Assembly (NCBI GenBank): GCA_964391455.1
Contig: CAYMJQ010000003.1
Coordinates: 12,435-76,434, forward strand
Direction of reading: 5' to 3'
Source: an uncultured Candidatus Saccharibacteria bacterium
GTDB lineage: Bacteria > Patescibacteriota > Minisyncoccia > Phycocordibacterales > DATDWN01
DNA length: 64,000 nucleotides
Below the pieces are notes generated by a model. That model was not told where the DNA came from, did no database searches, and was given only the letters and a program-made list of their open reading frames with translations. Below, piece by piece: positions 16,915 to 26,023 of this stretch; within the stretch, counting starts at the first letter, position 1; each line of letters opens with the position of its first letter. The position numbers and the translations under genes are program-made.

Positions 16915-17265
16915 TTACTTCTTTGCACGGGACGTTCTGGAACGAAAGGACAGTTCTTCCTTGCTGAACTGGATGTGATGGGTGTTTTCAATGATAGTCC
17001 TGCGTTTCGCACCCTTGTCGACATTCCACTGTCGCAATCCTTTGCGACGCCCAACACGAAGCCCTTTGGTTTTCTCGTCGCAATATTTCATCACACACTT
17101 CGCGACGTGTTTTGGAAGTGTGTGCAAACAACTTCCATCACAAGGACCGATGACAATGTGCTCATCTGCCATTCGGTTTACGTAGTTGTAGTGGGAAACG
17201 TGGATTTCACCATTGATACAGAACTGGTCTCCCCATTCTTCACGACTAATCAGAGTTGCTTTCAC
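16915..17265 (-). CDS. hypothetical 116-aa Cys/His-rich protein (island gene G), a possible zinc-finger or HNH-like nuclease fold
   Basis: GTG start with GGGAGG 5 nt upstream. A TTGACT-17-TATTAT promoter at 17294-17322 lies 2 nt from att repeat A2. The protein carries C16, HVSHYN, GPCDGSCLH, KHVAKC, KYC and NTHHI clusters and a basic C-terminal tail. Confidence 0.5.
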   Translation of the reverse strand: MKATLISREEWGDQFCINGEIHVSHYNYVNRMADEHIVIGPCDGSCLHTLPKHVAKCVMKYCDEKTKGLRVGRRKGLRQWNVDKGAKRRTIIENTHHIQFSKEELSFRSRTSRAKK

Positions 17266-17293
17266 TAAACACCTCCCTTCAAATCTAAATTAG

Positions 17294-17322
17294 ATAATAA
17301 CACGACTTATAAAATAAGTCAA
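17294..17322 (-). promoter_or_regulatory. promoter of island gene G (TTGACT-17-TATTAT)
   Basis: The minus-strand read is TTGACTtattttataagtcgtgtTATTAT. Confidence 0.5.
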
Positions 17323-17324
17323 AC

Positions 17325-17347
17325 TTGCTCCGGCGGTAGGGATCGAA
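17325..17347. repeat. direct repeat A2: 23-nt copy of tRNA-Asn 3' end (ttgctccggcggtagggatcgaa)
   Basis: A 23/23 match to 17491-17513. Confidence 0.75.
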
Positions 17348-17493
17348 ACTTACAGTTTCAGTACACCTGTTCTGTTTTTTATTTCTAATTGAATAAAAAA
17401 CTATCACAGGTCTTCGATCCCTAACGTAAAAGTCTCCCAGACTTTTACTCCGTCCTTCGCAAATGAAAAATCCCCTTTCGGGGTTTTCATTTG

Positions 17494-17565
17494 CTCCGGC
17501 GGTAGGGATCGAACCTACGACCAATCGATTAACAGTCGATTGCTCTACCACTGAGCTACACCGGA
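17494..17565 (-). tRNA. tRNA-Asn (anticodon GTT)
   Basis: The minus-strand read is TCCGGTGTAGCTCAGTGGTAGAGCAATCGACTGTTAATCGATTGGTCGTAGGTTCGATCCCTACCGCCGGAG. It has a 7-bp acceptor stem, a D-arm AGCTCAGTGGTAGAGC, an anticodon loop CUGUUAA and a T-arm GTAGGTTCGATCCCTAC. CCA is not encoded. Confidence 0.85.
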
Positions 17566-17745
17566 ATGTTTAAGCTCAGGACCACTGGCCACAAGTTAAA
17601 ATCTGCTGATTTTACTCGCGACCCCTCCTCGCCCCCGTCTCGGGCTCCGGCCTTGCGAAGTAAAAACATCACTTCTCACTACACCGGAATAAATAGATAA
17701 TACCAAAAATATAGAGGAAAGCAACAATTTTATACTTACTCTGTA

Positions 17746-18150
17746 CTATTGATTATAGGAATCTCTTAACCACATTCTCATATCCCCTATCTCTTTATTT
17801 TGAGTCAAAATAATAGCTTCTGCCAAATCCTTTATCTCTTGCATTTTTGCATTAGTTAGAGCAAGTTTAGCCATTTCAACAGCACCCTCATGATGAATAA
17901 TCATTTCTTGTAAGAATGCTACGTCAAATTCATCTCCTGTTTTACCCTTAAGTTGAGCATTCATACTTATCATCATATCTTCCATACTCATCATATTCAT
18001 ATCTCCCATAAGACTTCCGTCAGGCATTACATGCATACCTGAAGGAACATTGGTCTTAACATCTGTGGTTTTAGAACCTCCAAACCAGTATCCTCCCAAA
18101 AAAGACACTAAAATTAAAACTACAATTAAAGAAATATTATTTTTTTCCAT
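17746..18150 (-). CDS. DUF305-family (ferritin-like) protein with N-terminal TM segment
   Basis: Carries the FDVAFLQEMIIHHEGAVEMA motif typical of DUF305. Confidence 0.65.
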   Translation of the reverse strand: MEKNNISLIVVLILVSFLGGYWFGGSKTTDVKTNVPSGMHVMPDGSLMGDMNMMSMEDMMISMNAQLKGKTGDEFDVAFLQEMIIHHEGAVEMAKLALTNAKMQEIKDLAEAIILTQNKEIGDMRMWLRDSYNQ

Positions 18151-18198
18151 ATAAATATACTATAATATACTTCCTAAAAAGCAATATATAAATACATT

Positions 18199-18618
18199 AT
18201 GCTGAACAAAAAATATAATGTAAAAAACCTTAAATTAAGAGTTAAAAGATCCAAAACTGGAAAAGGTCTTTTTACATTAGAAAATATCCCTAAAGGTACT
18301 TGTATTATTGAGTATATCGGAGTTGTAGTTCCGGAGGAAAAACTAGATACAATAAATTCAAGATATCTTTTTGAGGTCGGTAAAAAAACAACAATAAACG
18401 GCAACATACCTAAAAATATAGCCCGTTATATAAATCACTCTTGTCGTCCAAACTGTGAAGCAGATGGACCTGAAGGAAGGGTTTTTATAACTGCAATAAA
18501 AAATATAAAAGCTGGAGAAGAACTGTTTTATGATTATGGAGAAGAATATTTTGAAGAATACCTAAGTAATGGCAGATGTTTGTGTGAAAAATGTAAAAAG
18601 ACAAAATCCAAAAAATAA
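18199..18618 (+). CDS. SET-domain protein (putative protein-lysine methyltransferase)
   Basis: Carries NHSCRPNC and ELFYDYG SET motifs and a post-SET Cys cluster CLCEKC. Confidence 0.8.
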   Translation: MLNKKYNVKNLKLRVKRSKTGKGLFTLENIPKGTCIIEYIGVVVPEEKLDTINSRYLFEVGKKTTINGNIPKNIARYINHSCRPNCEADGPEGRVFITAIKNIKAGEELFYDYGEEYFEEYLSNGRCLCEKCKKTKSKK

Positions 18619-18632
18619 TTTATTATAAGTAA

Positions 18633-19412
18633 ATGGATCTAAATCTTTTTGCAATATCTATAGTAGAGGGTATAACTGAATTCCTCCCGATATCTTCCAC
18701 CGCACACCTGATAATACTTGGCAAAATTCTATCTGTAGATTTATCAGATCCATATATCAAATTTTACTTACTAGCAATACAATTCGGAGCTCTTTTGGCT
18801 GGAATATTCCTCTTCACAAAAAAAATAATTCTTAACAAAAAATTATTTGTTAACATAGTAGTAAGCTTCATTCCAAGTGCAGTTGCTGGTTTTATCTTAT
18901 ACCAGACTTTCAAGCAATTATTGGAAGGAAATATTATTCTTCTATCCTCAATGCTTTTAATAGGAGGAATAATTCTGGTATATATTGAACGATTTGTTAT
19001 AAAAAACTTAAATGATTCTGAATTCGGAAAAGAAGATATGACTAAAACTGATGCTTTGATTGTGGGAATGGCCCAAGCAATAGCCATAATACCCGGGGTT
19101 TCAAGATCTGGAGCAACCATCGTATCTGGCATATTAAGAGGTATAAAGAAATCAACAATAATTGAATACACTTTCCTTCTGGCAATACCGACATTGGGAA
19201 GTGCTGTAGCGTACGACACCTATAAATCTCGTGAAATGTTTTTTGCTCTAGAGAATTACTCTGCCCTGTTTCTTGGAATTTTTATATCTTTTTTAACTGC
19301 TTTAATAACTCTATACGTAATCAGAAAACATATTAGAAAAATATCCCTCTCCGCTTTCGGAATATATAGAATAATCCTATCTTTAATTATATTTTTCGTT
19401 TATCTTTTCTAA
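18633..19412 (+). CDS. uppP: undecaprenyl-diphosphatase
   Basis: The BacA/UppP N-terminus EGITEFLPISSTAHL with a polytopic membrane profile. Confidence 0.85.
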   Translation: MDLNLFAISIVEGITEFLPISSTAHLIILGKILSVDLSDPYIKFYLLAIQFGALLAGIFLFTKKIILNKKLFVNIVVSFIPSAVAGFILYQTFKQLLEGNIILLSSMLLIGGIILVYIERFVIKNLNDSEFGKEDMTKTDALIVGMAQAIAIIPGVSRSGATIVSGILRGIKKSTIIEYTFLLAIPTLGSAVAYDTYKSREMFFALENYSALFLGIFISFLTALITLYVIRKHIRKISLSAFGIYRIILSLIIFFVYLF

Positions 19413-19516
19413 AAAAGCTTTTTTCTTTTTATTTTCTATATACCAGACAAAATACAAAACAATTATCACCACCACATTTGGAATAAATACTAACGGGTCA
19501 CTCCATGGTATGCCAC

Positions 19517-19903
19517 TTATTCTAATATCTGATATCGGCCATAAAAAGGTGTTGGGAAAAATTCAAAAGAATGTGAGGGCATGTCAACTAGTATATGTAA
19601 AGGCCAGCCTAATGTTAATTTTGCAAAAGATTTTTTACCCATAAACCATAGAATTGAAAAGAATATGAGATAAGGAACAAAGCTATGAGTAAAATCATAT
19701 AAAATGTGAACGTATTTTGGTATTTCGGAAATTTCTGGTTTATCCAAAGGTAAACGACCGAAACTCATCAATCTAGAAATAAAAAATATACCAAAGGAAA
19801 AAAGATCTGGCCCAATACCAAAAAGAAACGCAATTATATATTTTCTTCTATTTTCCCTACCAAAGGCTATCCCGCCGTGCAAACCATGAGACAATATATC
19901 CAT
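19517..19903 (-). CDS. hypothetical membrane protein (possible membrane-bound metal-dependent hydrolase family)
   Basis: 128 aa, hydrophobic, with His-rich ends (HGLHGG ... HSFEFF). Confidence 0.35.
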   Translation of the reverse strand: MDILSHGLHGGIAFGRENRRKYIIAFLFGIGPDLFSFGIFFISRLMSFGRLPLDKPEISEIPKYVHILYDFTHSFVPYLIFFSILWFMGKKSFAKLTLGWPLHILVDMPSHSFEFFPTPFYGRYQILE

Positions 19904-20205
19904 TAGGATTTTGCTTTATCAAGCTTATCTAGACCAATAACTTTTACTCCATAGTAAACCACAAGAGCAATGACTAGAAAATCCACAATAACACTTATAA
20001 AATCACCGTACATTATCTTTGCTGAGCCTATACTAAAATAAGCTTCTTTTAATCCTTCTGCAGAACCCAAAACAACACCTAATATAGGATTTATTATGTC
20101 TGTAACCAAGGCTGAAACCACTTTAGAAACCGCACCTCCTAAAATAAAACCAACTGCCAAACCAACCACTCCTTGTTCCCTTATAAAATTTAAAAATCCT
20201 TGCAT
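19903..20205 (-). CDS. mscL: large-conductance mechanosensitive channel
   Basis: 100 aa starting MQGFLNFIREQGVVGLAVGFILGGA... Confidence 0.85.
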   Translation of the reverse strand: MQGFLNFIREQGVVGLAVGFILGGAVSKVVSALVTDIINPILGVVLGSAEGLKEAYFSIGSAKIMYGDFISVIVDFLVIALVVYYGVKVIGLDKLDKAKS

Positions 20206-20287
20206 ATAATTTCAATAATTAGTAATAAAACAATTATACACCAAATACTAAGTAAAATTAAAAAATATTTTTGGTATAATTCTCTCT

Positions 20288-20611
20288 ATGGAAGTATTTA
20301 AAAGAACTACTCATCTTTCAGAAATTCTACAAAAATCTGAGCAAGAAGAAGTTTTGATATATAAAAACTCAAATAATTGCAATACTAGTAAAGAAATTGA
20401 AAATATACTTACTGATGCAATAATGAAACAAAAAATAACATTTCCTGTTTATATGGTAACTGTCCAAGAAATGCCTATCCTATCAAAAAATATAGAAACG
20501 ATACTAGAGATAAAACATGAGACACCACAAGTAATTCTATTAGAAAAAGGCAAAGTAAAACATACATCTAGTCATAAAGATATAAATCTTAAAAACATTG
20601 CTAAAATTTAA
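20288..20611 (+). CDS. thioredoxin-like small protein (YtxJ/DUF2847-like)
   Basis: 107 aa with a single Cys in a KNSNNCNTSKE context; a weak family call. Confidence 0.4.
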   Translation: MEVFKRTTHLSEILQKSEQEEVLIYKNSNNCNTSKEIENILTDAIMKQKITFPVYMVTVQEMPILSKNIETILEIKHETPQVILLEKGKVKHTSSHKDINLKNIAKI

Positions 20612-20657
20612 TCTTTATTATAGTCTGATTTTAGAACAAATTAATTAAGGGGTTAAA

Positions 20658-21341
20658 ATGCCACAAAAAACTGAGCTTCACCCAGAAGAAGTAGCAAAGT
20701 TGTTTGGTGTACACAAAAGAACCATTTTCAGATGGATAAAAAGGAAACATCTGAAAAATGTAAATGGAAAAGTTCAGATGGATGGTTTGCAAGAAAAACT
20801 ATCTCTCTGGAAAAACAGTGTGCCCAGACACGAAGCCAGAAAAAGACTGAGAGTTAGGGTATGGACCTTGAACACTTGGATCTCTCATGGCTATCTTGAA
20901 ACCGTCTCTGTGATGGGAGAAACAAGGGTGATAACAACTTCTCTGGTGAATGCTCCCCAGAAAAGAATAGGGCTGTCTCTGGACTTGAGACGATTTGTAA
21001 ATTTCAACCAATTGATTGTAATGTTGGACACTTCTTCTCCAACATTAAATAAATATGCAAACATTGAGTTTAAAGTTCAAACCTCAGGAAAACACAAAGT
21101 TGTTACAGAAGAAGAGGCTCACCGTTTAATTGAGCTAAAAAGGAGTTCCTTTTCAACAAAAGAAACCTGCCAGATTCTGGATGTAAACAAAAAACAACTC
21201 AAACAAATGGTAAAAAGTAAGGAACTGGAATTGTTAGTACTTCTTGGAAGAGTAAGGGTAACCAAAAAATCAGTCAGATCTATGGTTACAAAAATTGCCA
21301 GTAGAAAAAAACTGCAAGAGATTGGTCTTGCAAAGACTTGA
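20658..21341 (+). CDS. DNA-binding protein with three tandem excisionase/MerR-like HTH (HTH_17-type) repeats
   Basis: The three repeats are EVAKLFGVHKRTIFRWIKRKHL, VWTLNTWISHGYLETV and ETCQILDVNKKQLKQMVKSKELE. AAGGGG lies before the ATG, and a terminator follows at 21351-21381. Confidence 0.55.
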   Translation: MPQKTELHPEEVAKLFGVHKRTIFRWIKRKHLKNVNGKVQMDGLQEKLSLWKNSVPRHEARKRLRVRVWTLNTWISHGYLETVSVMGETRVITTSLVNAPQKRIGLSLDLRRFVNFNQLIVMLDTSSPTLNKYANIEFKVQTSGKHKVVTEEEAHRLIELKRSSFSTKETCQILDVNKKQLKQMVKSKELELLVLLGRVRVTKKSVRSMVTKIASRKKLQEIGLAKT

Positions 21342-21350
21342 AACTGAATT

Positions 21351-21381
21351 GGACACCCTATAAACTTAGGGTGTCCTTTTT
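21351..21381 (+). terminator. intrinsic terminator
   Basis: ggacaccct...agggtgtcc followed by ttttt. Confidence 0.6.
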
Positions 21382-21405
21382 CTTAAAATATGGAATAATA
21401 CGTAA

Positions 21406-22296
21406 ATGAATCTAAAGATCAAAAATGATAAAAAAACTTGGTTAACTGTAACATCTGCAACTATTATATTGCTCTCAATAGGATTTAATTTTTATCTATA
21501 TTGGCTATTAAATAACCATAATAAAGAATTAAATTCACAATTAGAAACACTGGAATCAGCATTAGAAATAAATCAAAAAAAATTATCAAAGGTAAATTAT
21601 GAGAAAGAAAAAGTTGAAGAGAATTTAGTTAAAGAAAAAGAAAATATAAACATCTTTAAAAACCAGATTGAAAATATAGCTGGAACAGTAAACGTTCTCG
21701 AAAGACTTAGTAAAACCGACGAAGAGCTTCTAAAAAAATATTCCAAAGTATATTTTCTAAATGAAAATTACATTCCGGAGAGTCTAACAAGAATCGATCC
21801 CGCATATCTTTTACAGAAAGATAAAGTTGTAGAAATAAAAACTAAAGTTACGCCTTACTTACTTAATCTAATGGAAGATGCCAAAGGTTCTGGTTTAGAG
21901 CTTCTAATACTATCTGGATATAGATCATTTGATACACAAGCATCATTAAAATCATCATATAAAGTAACCTACGGATCTGGAGCTAATAAATTTTCAGCCG
22001 ATCAGGGTTATTCTGAACACCAACTTGGAACAACAGTAGATTTTACTAATGCACAAATAGGCACTGTATTGTCTGGTTTTCAGAACACAAAAGAATATGA
22101 ATGGCTTAAAAATAATGCTCACAAATACGGTTTTATACTCTCATACCCTGAAAATAATGAATACTATATATTTGAACCTTGGCACTGGAGATATGTAGGC
22201 ACAGAATTGGCAACTAAACTTTATGAAGAAAAAATAAGCTTTTATTCATTAGACCAAAGAGTTCTCGATAGCTATTTATTAAATCTTTTTAACTAA
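21406..22296 (+). CDS. D-alanyl-D-alanine carboxypeptidase (peptidase M15, VanY-like) with N-terminal TM and coiled coil
   Basis: Carries SGYRSFDTQ, EHQLGTTVDF and EPWHWRYVG motifs. Confidence 0.8.
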   Translation: MNLKIKNDKKTWLTVTSATIILLSIGFNFYLYWLLNNHNKELNSQLETLESALEINQKKLSKVNYEKEKVEENLVKEKENINIFKNQIENIAGTVNVLERLSKTDEELLKKYSKVYFLNENYIPESLTRIDPAYLLQKDKVVEIKTKVTPYLLNLMEDAKGSGLELLILSGYRSFDTQASLKSSYKVTYGSGANKFSADQGYSEHQLGTTVDFTNAQIGTVLSGFQNTKEYEWLKNNAHKYGFILSYPENNEYYIFEPWHWRYVGTELATKLYEEKISFYSLDQRVLDSYLLNLFN

Positions 22297-22297
22297 C

Positions 22298-22326
22298 AAA
22301 AAACACACCCAAAGGTGTGTTTTTTG
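22298..22326. terminator. bidirectional terminator (aaaaaacacacc caaa ggtgtgtttttt)
   Basis: A perfect 7-bp GC-containing stem flanked by an A-run and a T-run. Confidence 0.65.
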
Positions 22327-22351
22327 TTATAAATTTAAACCAAAAATTTAT

Positions 22352-22564
22352 TTAAGAGTTTGAAACACTACAATTCTTGCAATCATTTCTATGATTGACT
22401 ACTTCGTAAATCGCTGATAGACCAACCAATAGATAAACTGCTTTCTCTAAAGTAGGCATAGAGCCCAAAAGCATATAAACCAAATTGAAGTCAAGAGCAT
22501 ACAATCCCCAGTTTACACCTCCCACAACGAGAAGTATGTAAGTAACCTTATGTAATGATTTCAT
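22352..22564 (-). CDS. small membrane protein (DUF378-like)
   Basis: 70 aa with two TM segments. Confidence 0.5.
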   Translation of the reverse strand: MKSLHKVTYILLVVGGVNWGLYALDFNLVYMLLGSMPTLEKAVYLLVGLSAIYEVVNHRNDCKNCSVSNS

Positions 22565-22628
22565 ATTATTTAAATTTAATATAATAATTCTAACAAATAT
22601 ATTTTAACATAAAAAACATAAAAAATGT

Positions 22629-23225
22629 CTAATGTTTTAAATTCTCTGCCCTACCTTCATTTGCCCTATTTTGTGTTCCAAAAATAACTTTTCTAATTTG
22701 TTGAGGATTTTTAACTGATTTTATAGAGAAATCCAAACTATCCTGACCGGCTGTTTGCACCTTAACATTTCCGAAATCTAACAAGGTGGGTATAAAACCG
22801 TGAACGTCAACTGTAATATCTTGAATCTTATCAAAACGCAAATTAGACATCCCTCTGTGAAAAATATCTCTCTGATCAACTATAATTATCCTTTTTTGTG
22901 TAACGTACCAAACATCTAAATAGTATTTAGTCCAATCTATAAAAAACAAAATCCACAATGTTAAAAGCCAGAGAGTATATAGAAATAAAAATAAAGCAAT
23001 ACCGTTGCCCGGAATATCAATATTAAAAATACCAGGAACAAACCATCTTAAAGCCAGAAATAAAATTAAAGGAAAAATACCTGAAAATAGAAAGCCGGAA
23101 GCGACACTTACAAAAACTATCCAATGTTTTCTTACTTCTAATATTACACTTTCATCTGAATCCAAATGTAGATTTTTATATGTAGTCATACTAATAATAA
23201 TGAATTGATAAACCCAGAATAACAA
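22629..23225 (-). CDS. membrane protein with bacterial PH (bPH_2/YdbT-like) domain
   Basis: Two TM segments followed by a IIIVDQRDIFHRGMSNLRFDKIQDITV... domain. Confidence 0.5.
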   Translation of the reverse strand: MLFWVYQFIIISMTTYKNLHLDSDESVILEVRKHWIVFVSVASGFLFSGIFPLILFLALRWFVPGIFNIDIPGNGIALFLFLYTLWLLTLWILFFIDWTKYYLDVWYVTQKRIIIVDQRDIFHRGMSNLRFDKIQDITVDVHGFIPTLLDFGNVKVQTAGQDSLDFSIKSVKNPQQIRKVIFGTQNRANEGRAENLKH

Positions 23226-23439
23226 AGAGTATTATAGAAACAAGAAAAAAAATGCTTTGAGCAAAAATTATACCAGGGTTTCTCATACCATAATTATGCC
23301 AATGATACTTCAATATCCCAGAAATTATTAAATAGATTACAAAAAATCCCACAGAAATAAAAATTAAAACTGGTTTATTTACTAAATAAAAAATTTTGAA
23401 ACTAGACATGTCAGTAATTGGTAAGATGGGGATTTCCAT
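23191..23439 (-). CDS. small hydrophobic protein
   Basis: 82 aa with two TM segments. Confidence 0.3.
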   Translation of the reverse strand: MEIPILPITDMSSFKIFYLVNKPVLIFISVGFFVIYLIISGILKYHWHNYGMRNPGIIFAQSIFFLVSIILFVILGLSIHYY

Positions 23440-23460
23440 AACTCTATTATATCAAAAAAA

Positions 23461-24060
23461 TTATTTTTGTACTTTTGGGAATAAATCTGTTTTTACTTTC
23501 TTGGAAACCTTAAAAAATAGAAATATAATAACAATACCTATCGTGATAAATGCGAAATTCTGAAAATAACCGTCTATTCTGTCATAGTAAATACCAGCAT
23601 AGTAACCTATCAAAATAAGAACTAATGCTTTTGGCAATGTAGTGACAAAAGAAATAAATAAATATTCAATAAATCTCATTCTGGCTATACCTGAAGCTAT
23701 TTCTATCATGCCTCCTATCCCATGAGTAAATTTGCCTATTAAAAATGTTTTGAATTTGTGTTTTCTAAAATGTTCTTCTAAATAAATTTCTGTTGACTCA
23801 TCATAACCTAAAAATTTTACAAGTCTCTTTATCCGAGGAGAACTTCGCCAGTACCTACCAATAAAATAATATACTGTATCTCCTAAAACATCAGCAATAA
23901 CAAGCAAAAAATAAGACAAGAAAGGACTCAGGACTCCTAAATTAATAAGAAAACCGGAAATAATTGTTATCATCGGACCCTCAACCAAAGCTATAGGGAA
24001 AATAATCCAATATTTATATTGACCAAGTATTGTAAATAACTCTGCGGGAGAAATAAACAT
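23461..24060 (-). CDS. DedA/VTT-family membrane protein
   Basis: 199 aa, polytopic, with DedA-like motifs. Confidence 0.65.
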   Translation of the reverse strand: MFISPAELFTILGQYKYWIIFPIALVEGPMITIISGFLINLGVLSPFLSYFLLVIADVLGDTVYYFIGRYWRSSPRIKRLVKFLGYDESTEIYLEEHFRKHKFKTFLIGKFTHGIGGMIEIASGIARMRFIEYLFISFVTTLPKALVLILIGYYAGIYYDRIDGYFQNFAFITIGIVIIFLFFKVSKKVKTDLFPKVQK

Positions 24061-24181
24061 ATATATATAATCTCAATTTTGAGAATATTAATCAAATCTA
24101 TATATTTGACTAGAAGCATAAAATTTGCTTTAATTAACGAACTTCTGCCGGCCAAATTGCCGGCTTTTAAAATCAAATAAT

Positions 24182-25960
24182 ATGGAAATAAGAAACATAG
24201 CAATCATAGCTCACGTAGATCACGGCAAAACAACTTTAACTGACGCTCTAATGCGTCAAACCGGCATGGTTACAGATGAATCTGCGACAATGGATTCAAA
24301 CGCTCTAGAACAAGAACGTGGTATTACTATTTATGCAAAAAACACTTCTGTATACTATCCGACTAAAGACTCTGGGAAAGAAGTTACTAAAATAAACATT
24401 GTAGACACACCAGGGCACTCCGACTTTGGTTCTGAAGTAGAACGTGTACTACGTTCTATCGATACAGTTCTACTTCTAGTAGACGCCCAAGAAGGACCAA
24501 TGCCTCAAACTCGTTTCGTTTTAAAAAAATCTCTTGAGCTTGGCTTAAAACCTATTGTCATAATAAACAAAATAGATAAACCGGCAGCAAGACCAGATGA
24601 GGTTCATGAAATGGTGCTAGAATTATTTTTAGAGCTTGGAGCTAATGATGAACAGTTAGATTTTACAACTGTATATGCCATAGGCAGAGAAGGTGTAGCC
24701 AAAATGAGATTAGATGATGAAAACAAAGATTTGACTCCTTTACTTGAAACAATATTAAAAGAAGTTCCACCTGCTAAAGCAGATGTAAACGCACCTCTAA
24801 GAATGCAATCTTTCAATTTAGCTTATGACAACTTCCTGGGGAGAGAAGCTGTTTGTAGAATATATGACGGAAAAGTAAAAAACGGCCAAACTGTTTTTGT
24901 AAAACAACCAGATGGTCAAGTTTTTACAGGAAGACTAACCAAGATTTTTACATTTCAAGGAACAAAGAGGATAGAGACCGAAGAAGCTTTTGCTGGAGAT
25001 ATTGTTATGATTGCAGGCCTTCCAAAGGTATATATTGGAGATACTATTTGTGAAAATGAAACCCAAGAAAGACTTCCTTCTATAAACATAGATGAGCCAA
25101 CTATCTCATTAAACTTTTTGGTTAACGACTCACCTTTTGCAGGAAAAGAAGGTAAATTTGTAACCGGAAGACAAATAAGAGACAGATTAGAGAAAGAGCT
25201 GGAAATAAATGTTGGATTAAAAGTTGATTGGAATAACAATGAATACTATACAGTGTATGGGCGAGGAGAATTACATATTGCAATACTTTGTGAAAATATG
25301 AGAAGAGAGGGTTTTGAACTACAAGTATCTCAACCCCAAGTAATTATAAAAGAAATAAATGGTGTAAAAACAGAGCCTTTTGAAGAAGTAACGATTGATG
25401 TTCCAGATGAATTAGCAAGTTCTATAATATCCAGACTTACAGAAAGAAAAGGTTTGTTAATGAATGTAAAACAAGGCCACGGTACACAGAGATTGATATT
25501 TGAAATACCAACAAGAGGACTTTTAGGATATAGAGGACAATTCGTTGTAGATACAAAAGGTTTAGGAATACTTTCTTCAAGATTTATAGAATTTAGAGAA
25601 TACGTTGGAGAAATAAAGAAAACAAAATACGGTTCAATGGTATCTATGGAAAAAGGAAAAGCTCTTGCTTTTGCACTGGATAATCTACAACAAAGAGGAA
25701 CGCTGTACATAGACCCTGGAACAGAAGTATATGTTGGAATGGTAATCGGCAACGTATCGAAAGGAGAAGACTTGGTTGTAAATCCAACAAAAGGGAAACA
25801 GTTAACAAACATGAGAGCTTCTGGTTCTGATGATTCTGTATATCTTGCAGCAACTATTAAACTTGATATAGAGAAAGCTATGGAAATTATGTCAGAAGAT
25901 GAATACATTGAAATAACTCCTAAATCTGTAAGATTAAGAAAAAAAGTGCTAAAAAGATAA
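24182..25960 (+). CDS. typA: translational GTPase TypA/BipA
   Basis: Carries [20 protein letters not shown] and NKID G-motifs; 592 aa. Confidence 0.9.
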   Translation: MEIRNIAIIAHVDHGKTTLTDALMRQTGMVTDESATMDSNALEQERGITIYAKNTSVYYPTKDSGKEVTKINIVDTPGHSDFGSEVERVLRSIDTVLLLVDAQEGPMPQTRFVLKKSLELGLKPIVIINKIDKPAARPDEVHEMVLELFLELGANDEQLDFTTVYAIGREGVAKMRLDDENKDLTPLLETILKEVPPAKADVNAPLRMQSFNLAYDNFLGREAVCRIYDGKVKNGQTVFVKQPDGQVFTGRLTKIFTFQGTKRIETEEAFAGDIVMIAGLPKVYIGDTICENETQERLPSINIDEPTISLNFLVNDSPFAGKEGKFVTGRQIRDRLEKELEINVGLKVDWNNNEYYTVYGRGELHIAILCENMRREGFELQVSQPQVIIKEINGVKTEPFEEVTIDVPDELASSIISRLTERKGLLMNVKQGHGTQRLIFEIPTRGLLGYRGQFVVDTKGLGILSSRFIEFREYVGEIKKTKYGSMVSMEKGKALAFALDNLQQRGTLYIDPGTEVYVGMVIGNVSKGEDLVVNPTKGKQLTNMRASGSDDSVYLAATIKLDIEKAMEIMSEDEYIEITPKSVRLRKKVLKR

Positions 25961-25978
25961 TTTTATAAAAAAAACAAA

Positions 25979-26012
25979 GTCTCGAGTTGTCACAACAACT
26001 CGAGACTTTTTG
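25979..26012. terminator. bidirectional terminator (gtctcgagttg / caactcgagac + ttttt)
   Basis: An 11-bp stem. Confidence 0.65.
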
Positions 26013-26023
26013 GATCTTGGGAA

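Noticed and set aside
17285-17551. 88-aa minus-strand ORF
   Set aside because: It spans the att repeat A2, the hairpin region and most of tRNA-Asn. It is an artefact of an open frame across RNA and repeat sequence.
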